Source: Octopus vulgaris (Eukaryota). From it: a stretch of 64,000 nt of DNA. Of the stretch, positions 27,170 through 39,050 are shown piece by piece; positions within the stretch are counted from its first letter, which is position 1, and every line of letters starts with the position of its first letter. Both the position numbers and the translations under genes were made by a program. The stretch lies in the NCBI GenBank assembly GCA_951406725.2, contig OX597817.1:2232001-2296000 (forward strand), read 5' to 3'. A model generated the notes under the pieces. That model did no database searches, was not told the DNA's origin, and saw only the letters and a program-made list of their open reading frames with translations.

Positions 27170-27802
27170 ACATACTTACGTACATTGATTAGCAGCTGTC
27201 CTAAAATGACGTCACGGTACTACCTCCCTATGCGGCACGATGTTGTTGCTAAAACGATTTACAATGCCATCCGCAACAAAACTGTCTTGAAATAAACCTA
27301 GAAAATCCCTGTTATGGAATACTCAGGGAATATTAGTGGAATATTTCCACCAAAACGTCTGTGAAATGTAAACATATCAGGCCGGATATTGTTGTTTGGG
27401 ACAGCCGGGGACAGACGTATGCACCATCATAGAGGTCAGCTGCCCTGAAGATATAAATATCTCTTCGAAAATCAAAGAAAAAGAGTATATTTATGGACAA
27501 CTGCTTCGAAACCTCCAGCTTTTTTATACAGACTATGAATTCATATTCATACCAATCATATTTGGAGCACTATGTTTTGTTAATAAATGCTTAAAGGAGA
27601 ACCTGGATGAACTGGGTTTTTCAGAAAGAGAAACTGACCGGCTGATTTGTACATTACAAATGTAATCTGTGAGTGGAAGAGTAAAAATAAGTTCCAAATG
27701 TGAATTGTCTGTGTTAACTACATCCCAAAGATGGAGCCTTGTATCTTTGTTGGAAACCGGCTCCCACCTTAGTGGAAGATTTATAATAATAAAAATAGAT
27801 GA
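27170..27802 (+). mobile_element. RLE LINE 3' part ending in (TACA)n
   Basis: ISSCPKMTSRYYLPMRHDVVAKTIY, KCKHIRPDIVVWD, CTIIEVSCPEDINISSKIKEKE and FIPIIFGAL, then a 3' UTR running into tacatacatacatac. Confidence 0.85.
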
Positions 27803-27825
27803 TACATACATACATACATACATTT

Positions 27826-27910
27826 ATATATGCAGGGCAGCTGACCTCTATGGCGGTACATAGCTTTGCTCCTCTGTCCCAAACAACAATATCTGGCCTG
27901 TTATGTTTAC
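27826..27910 (-). mobile_element. Inverted short fragment of a related RLE domain between TACA repeats
   Basis: The minus strand encodes CKHNRPDIVVWDRGAKLCTAIEVSCPAYI, a diverged homologue of 27365-27455. Confidence 0.8.
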
Positions 27911-28020
27911 ATACATACATACATACTAATGGAATAACAATAAAAACATCGTAAGGGGTATCAGCCATCTGAATGTGGCTAGCCACTGGGGGGGGGGGGG
28001 TTACTGATGCTTTTAGCCCC

Positions 28021-28330
28021 AGGCGATCAACGTCACCAGAAGGACTTTAGACACTATCTCAGTGTCCTTGTGTTACTTGCAAAGGGAGGTCATCCTCCCT
28101 CGAAGACCCGAGTACAACATACGGACTATAGTTTCAAGGTAATTGCCTCTCGTCAACGCATGGTAAGAATCGGTCTTCGATGAAGGAGTCCCCTCGCAAG
28201 TAATATATAATGTTTTTCACAGTAACTACTGTCACTGATGTAGAAAAACTGTCTGAAAACAATAATAAATGCAAGTAACACAAGGACACTGAGATAGTGT
28301 CTAAAGTCCTTCTGGTGACGTTGATCGCCT
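28021..28330. repeat. Perfect 61 bp inverted repeat (28021-28081 / 28270-28330)
   Basis: aggcgatcaacgtcaccagaagg...gtgttacttgca and its exact reverse complement, with a ~190 bp spacer. Confidence 0.95.
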
Positions 28331-28430
28331 ATAACAGAAGACACTTGCCCAAGATGTCACACAGTGGGACTGAACCCAGAACCATGTGGTTGGTTAGCAA
28401 GCTACTTACCACACAGCCACTCCTGCGCCT
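28331..28430 (-). mobile_element. SINE family B head only
   Basis: Reverse complement reads ggcgcaggagtggctgtgtggtaagtagcttgc...gggttcagtccc. Confidence 0.85.
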
Positions 28431-28431
28431 A

Positions 28432-28895
28432 TATGTACTGTTTTAGAGGTCAACTGCGAAGCGAATGTGAATGTACACTCAAAAGTTCAGGAAATAGAGA
28501 GCATCTTTGGTAAATTATTGCGGAATTTACTGCACGCGTACTCTGACTGAGAATTCTCATTTGTACCTTGCATCATAAAGGCATAAAGTTATGGTACCAA
28601 AAATTTTACTCAGAAATCTTGAAATATTCGGTTTCACCGAAGAACAGCAAAGGAAACTAACGCGGATTCTCCAAATTCAATCTATTAGTGGCACAGTGAA
28701 GATTTGTAAGGCATTCCAAACATTCTCAATGTGAGATTCGTATGTGAATAGATGCTCACAGTTGAGGGATGCAATCAACACGCCAACTCGTCCCCATATT
28801 TACAAATACCGTGAACGCTCTTAACTCAAAAACCGTCTTGTTTTGTTAGCAGCCGGCTTGAACTCTCTTGGAAAACTTAAAGTAAACTCTAAAAT
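28432..28895 (+). mobile_element. RLE LINE 3' part ending in (TCAC)n
   Basis: CTVLEVNCEANVNVHSKVQEIESIFGKLLRNL...LEIFGFTEEQQRKLTRILQIQSISGTVKICKAFQTFSM* is homologous to 27418-27705. The 3' UTR runs straight into (TCAC)n. Confidence 0.75.
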
Positions 28896-29127
28896 CACAC
28901 TCACTCACTCACTCACTCACTCACTCTCTCACTCACTCTCTCACTCACTCACTCACTCACTCACTCACTCACTCACTCACTCACTCACTCACTCTCTCAC
29001 TCACTCACTCACTCACTCACTCACTCACTCACTCACTCACTCACTCACTCTCTCACTCACTCACTCACTCACTCTCTCACTCTCTCACTCACTCACTCAC
29101 TCTCTCTCTCTCACATACACACACACA
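28896..29127. repeat. (TCAC)n microsatellite, ~200 bp
   Basis: Read directly from the sequence. Confidence 0.95.
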
Positions 29128-29248
29128 TTTTGGTAGAATTCGCGGCTGTTGCAATTGTGAGTTATGCCCGTGGGTGCAAAGGGTCTCCTAGCGGAGTAGC
29201 AAGGGACTCACTCGGCCAGAAGATAAACATCATTAATCTCTACTCTCA

Positions 29249-29436
29249 AAGGCGGTGAGCTGGCAGAATCGTTAGCATCCCGGGCGAAATGCTTAGCAGT
29301 ATTTCGTCTGCGCTATGTTCTGAGTTCGAATTCCGCCGAGATCGACTTTGCCTTTCATCCTTTCCCCGTCGATGAAATAAGTACCGGTTACTCATTGGAA
29401 TCGATATAATCGACTTACCCACTTTCCCCAAAATTT
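29249..29436 (+). mobile_element. SINE family A
   Basis: ggcggtgagctggcagaatcgttagc...gagttcgaattccgccgag...gcctttcatccttt. Confidence 0.85.
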
Positions 29437-29528
29437 TCAGGGCATTGAGTAGAAATAATTATTAATCTCTACTCTTTTTTTCCTGGTATCCAGCACTAAA
29501 TGAATGTGTGTGTGGAGGGGAGAGAGAG

Positions 29529-29589
<61 letters not shown>

Positions 29590-29704
29590 ATAAAGAAAAA
29601 GATATATATATATATACGCACATACACACAAACACATAGAGGCAGTGAGGGAGAGAGAGATAAGCATTGAGAGTAGGTGTGAGAAAGTGTGTGTGTGTGT
29701 GTGT

Positions 29705-29746
<42 letters not shown>

Positions 29747-30205
29747 GAGAAAGAGATAAGCAGAACGAAAAGACGATGAAGGAACGATAATAATTTGAAA
29801 TGCATCTTATTTTCCCAATTCGGTTTCTTTTCTTCTTTCTCTTCCGTCTTCAATTGCCAACTGCCAAACAACTTACGTTTCCAGAGAAACAATTCCTCAA
29901 TGGAAATGAATATGACTAATATCTTTACCATTCTTCTAAATATGTATTTGCTATTAATTTACTTGGTTGCTTACGCATGGATTTTGTGTGCCTTTTCTTT
30001 CTTTTTTCTTTTTTTTGATATGTACATACGTAAACTTATTCGCGCTTATTATGCAGACACACACAATTATCTACACATATGCACAAACACATATAAATAT
30101 ATGCATTTCTCCAACACAGACATAAGTAAATATTATTATATATAAATTCATATATATCTATGTATACATAATTATGTATATAAATATTTATATATATACT
30201 TTTGC

Positions 30206-30236
<31 letters not shown>

Positions 30237-30559
30237 CCTATATATTCGTACATGCATTATATATTTACATATACATTTGTGTGTATGCATATACATATAC
30301 ATGCATACATATACATATATATATATATACATTGGAATGTATGTATCTTTTATATTGTATGTATATGTATGTGTGCATGTATGAAGATGAGAAAGAGTTT
30401 ATTTTTAGACATGGTTGAAATGTATAACCGTTCCCTACTTCTTTCCTTTTATGAAGATTAAATTTAAATCTCGTCAGTTCGGTGTTTATGTTTGTTGGGT
30501 GGCTGGTGTTTGCTATTTGTGTGTTTATTTTAGCCTTGTGCTGTGTTATGAGTATTACT

Positions 30560-31340
30560 TCCACCTTTAATCGTCTATGTTTTTGGAGAAATCTTTAGAG
30601 TATAGACGTGTTGTCCCGGAATGTTTTCTTATTTCGTTTCGATTTGTGCTGGATAGAGTAGCTTGCTGCACTTGGTCTTTGATCTAAGAGCATGGTAAGC
30701 CGACAAGAGAGTATGCCATGGCCAATATAGAAATTAGGGTCGGGAAGTTCACAACTTCAACGTTTGAAGTGAAATTTATGAATCACATACGACATTAATA
30801 TATTCTGCAGCATGTTACGAACATGAAATTTATTGCCGATAAAAAGGTTTTGAATTTTCATGTTTTTATTGTTGTACTATTAATGTTATTTTATAGTTTG
30901 AAGTAATGCATTGTGTTGCTATAAATGGTTTTTCATAACGTGTTCATCTATTCTATCGCTAATAGATATTTAATTCATCCAATATATCTTGAGCGTATTT
31001 TTTATAATTTTAATAATTTTGGTGTCCGATGTTTTTGTTGGATTTAATTTATTCTATGTCTTAGTCGATTAGTTTGGTAGAGAATCCGTTGCTGATTACT
31101 ATGATGTATTCTACGAATAAGATAATCTAATATCCGATGAGAATTTAAATGTTCTTTGCACTTGAACATCCTCTGTCTCTGCGTGAGTAAGTGCATTAAC
31201 AGTTACCTGAAGTGATAAATCAAAAACCTGATTAATCGTGTCCAGTGATTTATCCCAATGAAGAAAATGTAAGATGCTTGTTTATAGGGACGATAAATTA
31301 ATTTCCGTCACTAGCAGAATCTCTGTATTTTAGAAAGAAT
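30560..31340 (-). pseudogene. Degraded Penelope-like element (thumb and GIY-YIG)
   Basis: Minus strand gives IVISNGFSTKLID (cf. LINNGFP...D) and PNFYIGH...LSCRLTML (cf. YIG.T...LSRRLTMH). Confidence 0.5.
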
Positions 31341-31399
31341 CAGGAACGACCTCTTGTATTACTCTACGGAAATAAGATTTAGAATAACTATAGAATCGA

Positions 31400-31700
31400 A
31401 CGTTAATGTAATGAATGTTTATGTTGTGATGACAATCATAAACAATGGTTTATATACACCCAATGAAAAATACGAGGAACTCGATTACTCATCTAGAAAA
31501 CACAAAGAATTACTTCTTTTCATAGATAAATATCCTAATAACCCTAGGCCTACTACCAAGAACTTAGCAAAATACATAACTCTAAGACTCTCTAGTATTT
31601 CGGCCAACGGGCAAATTTTTAACGAACTTGCCCTTCTATGCTACACTGAAGCACAATCCGACATGCAATGGAACATCCTTGCAAGAACTAAACAAGTCAT
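31400..31700 (+). pseudogene. Penelope-like RT thumb fragment
   Basis: FIDKYPNNPRPTTKNLAKYITLRLSSISANGQIFN resembles the PLE pattern YI...SNHP....KN....I..RLS..S.N...FN. Confidence 0.5.
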
Positions 31701-32962
31701 AGTGGGCCATATATTTTGTGCATAGAAGTGGTAATGATCGAAGAAATGATTCTGTATTCTGAAAGACGTTTCCAAAGATCTGAGAATGCGACCGCACGCT
31801 GACACAATATCTATAAAATGCATCTGAGCAAAGAACCTGTCTCAGATCCCAGTGGATAAAATGATAAATCAAGAACCAACAGGTTGCTGGTTGTACTAGC
31901 GAAACCCAAGAAATAATTCTATCATTGTTTGGATTCTGCACAATCTAAACTTCAGCTTTCTCAGAACACACATTTGGATACCGATGCTGTCGATAATTGT
32001 AATTTCACTGCTTAATAACCATCTCGTCAATCCGAAACAGTATCTAGTATAGCCACAAATACGGAGACAAATTTTCCCGTCGCTGTAACAGACTTTCTTC
32101 AGTACTCACTATTCTGTTAGTTCTTTAAGACGACTACTTTTGACAGCTTATGCCCTCTTACTCTCAAGGACAAGCATAAGCGAGTATTCAGGAACACCTA
32201 ATACTCTATAACTCATAGATGTCGGCCATAATTTTCTTACTAAATCTGCATTCCTTAAGATGAAACTGATAAAAGAACTTACATCTCTCTATAAAGACGC
32301 CATCTATTTCTTTTCTATTTTGTTTTCTTCTTTTACTTCTAATTTCTCTCTAAATAGATTCTTTTACTCATATCTAAGAAGTCTTCAGAATAAGTGAATT
32401 GATGGTCCTTGCACCATTCAGACAATGGCTGTTTGTACACCAATAGGAAAATATATAACCCACTTACCTTATTTTATACAATCTATTATTTCATCGAGTA
32501 TTTTTAGCAACCACAAGAATTTTATTGATTCTATCATTTATGATACGATTATAAATATCACTGCAGACACACTTGTCTTTTAAATGTTTTTAACTGCTAC
32601 AAGGTTCATCTCTCGTTATGTCCTCCTCCTGCCCCTCCTGCTGCTGCTGCTGATGATGATCCTCCTCCTCGCCACCGCCGCCGCCGCCGTCATCATCATC
32701 ACGTCTATCAGCAACTTCATTACCTTCATCACCAACTTCACCTTATAGGACTTGAACCAGATTAATTAGTTGGAGTTGCATCACTATGATCGTTATGAGT
32801 AAATTTATGTGCTACAATTGTTACTACTATCAACATTTTCCTGAATATTTTGCTGAACATTTTTTAGTTATCTTTTTTATGTCATAAGAATAGAATTAAC
32901 ATTATAACCTATTAAATTGCTGCTTCTTACTACAACGGTTTAAGATGACGACGACGATGATG

Positions 32963-33027
<65 letters not shown>

Positions 33028-33169
33028 GATAATGATTATTATTGTTACTATTATTATTAGTATTATCATTTTCATCATCATCGTCATCATCAGTCACCAT
33101 CATCGTCGTCATCATCATCATCATCATAATTATGATCATCATCATCACCGTCATCATCATTATCATTAT

Positions 33170-34450
33170 CATGCAAAACATCAAAGAGAGGGTACGTAAT
33201 AAATCTGGGTTTGTTGGGGCTCTGATCACGGTAGATCCGACTATCCCTACTTGGCAGCCATCTTAAAAAGGCTGGTCTCTGATATGTTTTCTCGGGTTTG
33301 ATCAATACACAGAGATGACTATCCAGGATTCAGAGCGAACTGTTATTTCTCGAAACTATTTGATATTGCGCGTTCGCTTTGTCAGGGATGTTCTTTCTCA
33401 CAACTTCCTTATGGACTGGTTCTTGAGACATTTCTTTGGAAGCTAAAAGTCTTGAGAGGTATTCTTTCGATCTGGGATGTATACAGACTAGGTCACAGTA
33501 AAGGTCCCATCACTACGGAAGTAGAGTTGGTCGGCACCATTCAAAAGAAATATGAAACGGTGTCAAGAGAAAATAACCCCGACAGACCAGTGGTTTTGCA
33601 GCTCAGCGCCAGGTGAGACGAATTCATGTCGCCACACAGCGTCGTGGTTCTTTGAGCTGACGGACCTGTTAAACTCTTATGGATCAGTCTCATTTCAGGA
33701 CTCCAAACAGAGGGAACAAGGAACTGTTCCCGAAAGGTCGGGCGAATACATACTTCCCCTTCTTCATCATTTACAACCTGATCCTCGTGTCTTGGTCCAG
33801 TTACTGTCTGAATAGAATGAATGGATCGATCATCAGATTTTCTGCTTCCTATAGATGCTGCATGTTGTACAGGCATTTAGAATGTTGTTGAACACTCACC
33901 AATCTTATGGTTAATGTGGTTAGCAGAAGTTACATGTTAGCACTATATGCAGAGCTAGTTGTAGAAACGAGACACGACGAAATGCCTGGTCTGTTTCGAA
34001 GCATTTTCGGACCTGGGATTGCTGTGAATAATTTCCAAATATACTTACTTGGCCTCATAGGGCTACAGAGAGGCATTTCAGGCTTTAGCAAAATGTATAG
34101 GCATTGAAGTGCTGTTGGATGAGACTCTGAGATGTTCACAGAGGGAAGAAACTGTTCAGCGAACACTCGTTTAGTGCTCAGATATCGCTGACATGTTCAC
34201 TTATGTCCAACAGTTGCGGTCAAATGTAGAATAGAACTGGATATTATCTGAGACCCTTGCGAATGATTCAATCGGGTAGGGAAAGTACTGTTCCTCAAAG
34301 AGGAATCTCCAAATTACCAATCACCAAACTAGCTGCATTGAACCAAGGATTCCCAGTTCGTCGTCAAGAGAAAGGGCGCGATGATGTGACAACTTTAAGT
34401 TCAAAATCCCATGGCAATTCAATATCGTCTTTAATGCCTTAAGAGAGATG
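33170..34450 (+). pseudogene. Degraded Tx1/L1-clade LINE ORF2 (RT to zinc knuckle)
   Basis: GALITVD, YLAAILK, FDIARSLCQGCSFSQL..LVLETFL (cf. RSVRQGCPLSPLL..L.LEPL), DGPVKLL, LFRSIFGPG and EETVQRTLV*C. Many stops and frameshifts. Confidence 0.65.
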
Positions 34451-35142
34451 CTAGGAGCGGGTGTTGCGATTTTCAAGAAAACACGTTGGCATAATATTAC
34501 CTGATATCTAAAAAAGACTTACATAATGGCAAGAAATACAAATAAGAGTTGCAATATCCGACTTTCTCATTCACCAGAAATCAACCACAAAAAGAAAGAT
34601 GCGAAAATTATATAAATTGAAAAGAAGATTAATGGTGGTGCCCCGGCGACAGTCTAGATTAATGGTGGTGCCCCAGGCGACAGTTTAGAGCAACTAAAAG
34701 AATATACTACAATCAACATTATTGGTCTTTAGAAGGACATGTATTCTTATTTTCCCTGGCCTCTCTTCATCTTCTCTCTGTCTCTCTCTGTCTTTCTCTC
34801 TCTCTCACGCACTCTTATTTTCTCCCTTTCTCTCTCCCACTGTCCTCCGTCTGATCGGAGTCTCTCTCGGTATATTGCGCTTTTTATTCAGTTGTTCTAT
34901 TTTTCGCACTTCCATTTCTCCATTGTCAGCAAGAACCAGTAATAAATTAGCACAATCTGTAATTCCATTTATGTTACAATGTTATGATGTCAATTGCACC
35001 TAGATGATTGATAAACTACTGGCAGATGTGTGTGTATATGTATGTATGTATACATGTATGTATGTATGTATGTATGTATGTATGTATGTATGTATGTATG
35101 TATGTATGTATCTATCTATCTATCTATCTCTTTCTCTCTCTC

Positions 35143-35199
<57 letters not shown>

Positions 35200-35391
35200 T
35201 GATACACATACATACGTATATACGCACATTCATATACATATGTGCGTGTTTGTGAGCGTGTGTACATCTGTATGGAGAGAGAGAGAGAGAAAGGTAGGTT
35301 GTAGACATACACTGACATATCTGTATATGTATATAAATATCCATCCATCCATCCATCCATCCATGCATTCATACACATATACATACATAGG

Positions 35392-35434
<43 letters not shown>

Positions 35435-36102
35435 GTCTGTGTTTATGTTTCTGCACATGTTTGTAGGTGTTCGAGCGAATGAATGAGCGGAAGAGGGAGA
35501 AAAAAATCGAGAAAGGAAGAACGAAATAAACAAAGAATGGAAAAGAGGTGTTTACGCGATCAAGCATCCTGTCTATCAAGTAACTTACTGTGTCATAACG
35601 AAAAAAAAAGACACAAAAATGAAGACTGTTTCAGTGCTTAAAGGTTCCCCAAGATTGACATCTTTTAATGCTTAAATACTTCAACCTTTGTAAGGTACTG
35701 ACGTCATCAACAGGTCAGAGTTGATGTAACTTTATTCCTTGTGTCTCTAACCTGCCAGTCTTGCTCGGATTCTTTATTCTCAGATTTTAAATATTTATTT
35801 TTTCTGAATATAGGCGCAGAAGCATACAAGATGTTTTATTACTTAATACATACACATATTAGTGTTTTGTGTGTATGTGTGTGTGTGTGTGTTTGTATAT
35901 ACAAATATTTACATTAGGATTTTTTGTTTTGCGACTGTTTCACCATCACTCTTAGGACACGGCTAATTACTGTTACAAATCAGTAAGGGAATTGTGAGAG
36001 TATGTAAAATATTCGAGTTTCGGCTGTTGTCTGTGCATATAGACACTTACAGACAAACATAGTACTTGTGCAATGACCTGCATCTATGCATATACATACA
36101 CG

Positions 36103-36527
36103 TAGGAGTGGCTGTGTGGTAAGTAGCTTGCTTACGAACCACATGGTTCCGGATTCAGTCCCACTGCGTGTCAACTTAGGTAAGCGTCTTCTACTATAGC
36201 CTCGGGCCGACCAAAGCCTTGTGAGTGAATTTGGTAGACGGAAACTGAAAGAATCCCGTCGTATATATGTGTATATATATATATGTGTGTGTGTGTGTAT
36301 GTATGTTTGTGTGTCTGTGTTTGTCCCCCCCCAACGTCACCTGACAACCGATGGTGGTGTGTTTATGTCCCCGTTACTTAGCGGTTCAGCAAAAGACACC
36401 GATAGAATAAATACTAGGCATCCAATGAATAAGTCCTGGGGTCGATTTGCTCGACTAAAGGCGGTGCTCCATCATGGCCGCAGTCAAATGACTGAAACAA
36501 GTAAAAGAGTAAAAGCGTACAAGAGTA
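36103..36527 (+). mobile_element. SINE family B, near full length
   Basis: A-box-like tggctgtgtgg, B-box-like ggattcagtccc, internal (TA)(TG) microsatellite, 3' stem-loop cagtca-aa-tgactg and gtaaaaga repeats. Confidence 0.9.
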
Positions 36528-36569
36528 AATGCACAAAGCATAAATAGAAGCAGACTTCCATCCACAATG

Positions 36570-36840
36570 AAGCAGCAGGACTACATTGCAGCGGGGTTAA
36601 ACTTTTAGAAGCCTTTGATAATATATTGCATGGTTGGACTACCAAAAGATTTCACTTAGCCAATCGCCGCAATGTCGTCATTCATCACTTACTCAACACT
36701 TGGCATACCACTTTACTTCTCAAAAGTGAGGACAAATAAATTAAATCTGATACCAAGCGAAAAGGCATCATGCAGAGCGATAGCTTGTTTGTGCTGCGTT
36801 TTTATCTTCATATTAAACGCCATTTGTCATACTTTCTCGC
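36570..36840 (+). pseudogene. RT fragment of an R4-like RLE LINE
   Basis: EAFDNILHGW...HLA and KGIMQSDSLFVL resemble KAFDSVPH.W and .G.QGDSLS.LLF. Confidence 0.45.
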
Positions 36841-37719
36841 AACACATAGTAATTATAAAAATAAATCCACAAATATCTTTCATATTTTCCGTGTAGACCA
36901 CGTGAAATTGTATAGGCCAAGTATAAACCATTTTACAGGGGAAATCAGATATATCCGATTATAATTTCCTGTCTTTTGTTGTGGAATGGCATGCTTGAAA
37001 CTGGCATGAAAATGGCATGAAAATGGCATACTTACTGATATCACATGACTTGCAAAAGTTACGCATTCTACTTTTGCTGATATTTAAGATTAATGAAAAT
37101 TGATTTCGAAGATAAAGCTTTAACCACATTAAAAATCAATTAGATTTCTAAACTAAGTTTTCCACGAATACTGAGATGAAATTTGATTAATCCAAAAGTG
37201 CATTTTGGGTGATAGACGTGGAAAAACTTGTGTATCTCTGAAATGTGAGTGTGTGCCCGTGTGTATGTGTGTCTGCTTCTGTGTGTGTGTGTGTGTATTT
37301 GAAAATGGCCTAACAACACTGGTGTAGGTAAGAACTCCAAATATCTTGGTCGAATGACAATGTGAAGAATGACACACCCATTAATAGGTCTGCATAAAAT
37401 GTATACCTAAAAAGAGTAAAGATGCGACCATTAGAATTCTAAACCTATTGTAATAAGCATATCTGGCCTTTTGAACTACTAAATACAAGAACTGGAGTTT
37501 ATAACTATAAGAACTCACAAACTACTCAGAACTTACGAGAATTTAAAAAGTCAATGGGGATTTAAATTGATTATATTTCCCAGACTGGATGCCATGGCCT
37601 TAAAATCGGTTTAACACCATACTTGATTTAGATTGTAACTCTGAAGTAACAGCTCTCTTTCACTTTAGTTTGTGAGCACGAAATTAGCAAACATCATAAT
37701 GGCAATAATGAATTTGAGT

Positions 37720-39050
37720 AGAGGTATGAACCACGCACTAACATAAATCAAACATCAGGTAAGAGTACTATTTAATACTGCAGCAAAATAACGTAGAAAG
37801 CTGAGCCCGGTTTTGACATGGTTATCTAAAGTAAAAACAGAAATATTGAGGTAGTAAGTTACAACAATATCTCAATATAGAGTAAGTTTATAATCTATAA
37901 ACACGAAAATCAACTTCATGCAATCTATGAGCAGGAAATTCTGAAAATTTACCTACTGCACAAAATAGAGGAATGATCATCTGAGAGTAAATGTAGATTA
38001 TGAAGAACGAAAATATAAATGCTAAAAAATAATTGCCGATTGTGAAATAATCTCCTCTATTCATTATCTTGCTGTGGGACCTATATTCATAGTCAAAACA
38101 ATCTGGGGAAGGAAAACAACCCCGCCTTCCCCCCAAAAAACACAAATGAATATACTGAAAGTCATTGATTAAAAAGATATTAGTGGAGCCTTTAGGCAGT
38201 AACTAAATTACAACACAGTCGATTTGATATTTGAAAAACACAGAAGATTTGTTTTATACAACTAAAAATATATTAGAATCGGCATAGCAAAAGTATTATA
38301 CAATATTATAGAAAATAAGATTTTTCTTCTAACATTAACCTGTTTTGCTAACGCTTTTCAAAAGTTTGAGTGTTGGATACAATTTGGAGTTAGAGATTTT
38401 ATTTGCTGGGGGGGGGGGGTAATTGTTAACCTAGGTATTTTTCAATAAGGGTGGTGGTGGAAAATCTGTTAGTTTTATTATTGATTTGTATTTGATTCTG
38501 GCTTATATCAATATTAACTTCAATAGATGGGGGTAAATCTTTACTTTTCAATATGGGATTATATTTAATTCTGGTTTATATTTTTCGATAAATGAGGCCT
38601 CTTTGTTTAGTCGCACTTATGTTGAGGTCCAAAGGGCAAAATGATATAATGGGAAGATTAGGAATTGTGGTTGCTGTTGTTCTGCACATCTACCAATGTG
38701 TTCACTGAGATATATCTGGCGATATCGTGGGGAAGATATCTGTTGTCTGTGAACTGTACATCTTCGTCTGACAGACATTATTGTAGATAATATATAGTTT
38801 GTATGGCACCCCGAGCATCTGATTACATAAATGAGGTTTTCAGAAGCGCAAGTGAAGTTGAATTTAATTTTGAAATTTTGTCCTTGTCTAAAATGGAATT
38901 CTGATCCTTCCAAAAGATGGGGACATATTTTGCAGTTAGAACGACCACATTTATTTTACTCTTGCGTCTGTTATTCGTGAGAATAATTTAGCATTTGTGA
39001 GGATCTTCGTTAATGTCTTTCGTTGTTTACTGCTTTTTAATGGTTTTATG
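37720..39050 (-). mobile_element. Penelope-like element 3' part with GIY-YIG endonuclease
   Basis: KCGRSNCKICPHL, then ORF 38617-38913 FTCASENLIYVIRCSGCHTNYI...RRRCTVHRQQI...LSEHIGRC, followed by an AT-rich terminal region. Confidence 0.85.

Noticed and set aside
27988-28000. Poly-G run (also 38408-38419)
   Set aside because: A simple homopolymer inside repeats with no evidence of function.
32902-33199. Poly-I, poly-H and poly-M ORFs
   Set aside because: A compound (ATA)/(CAT) microsatellite.
34626-34690. Short tandem duplication agattaatggtggtgcccc(a)ggcgacagt
   Set aside because: Two units with no spacer: a duplicated retroposon tail fragment, not a CRISPR-like array.
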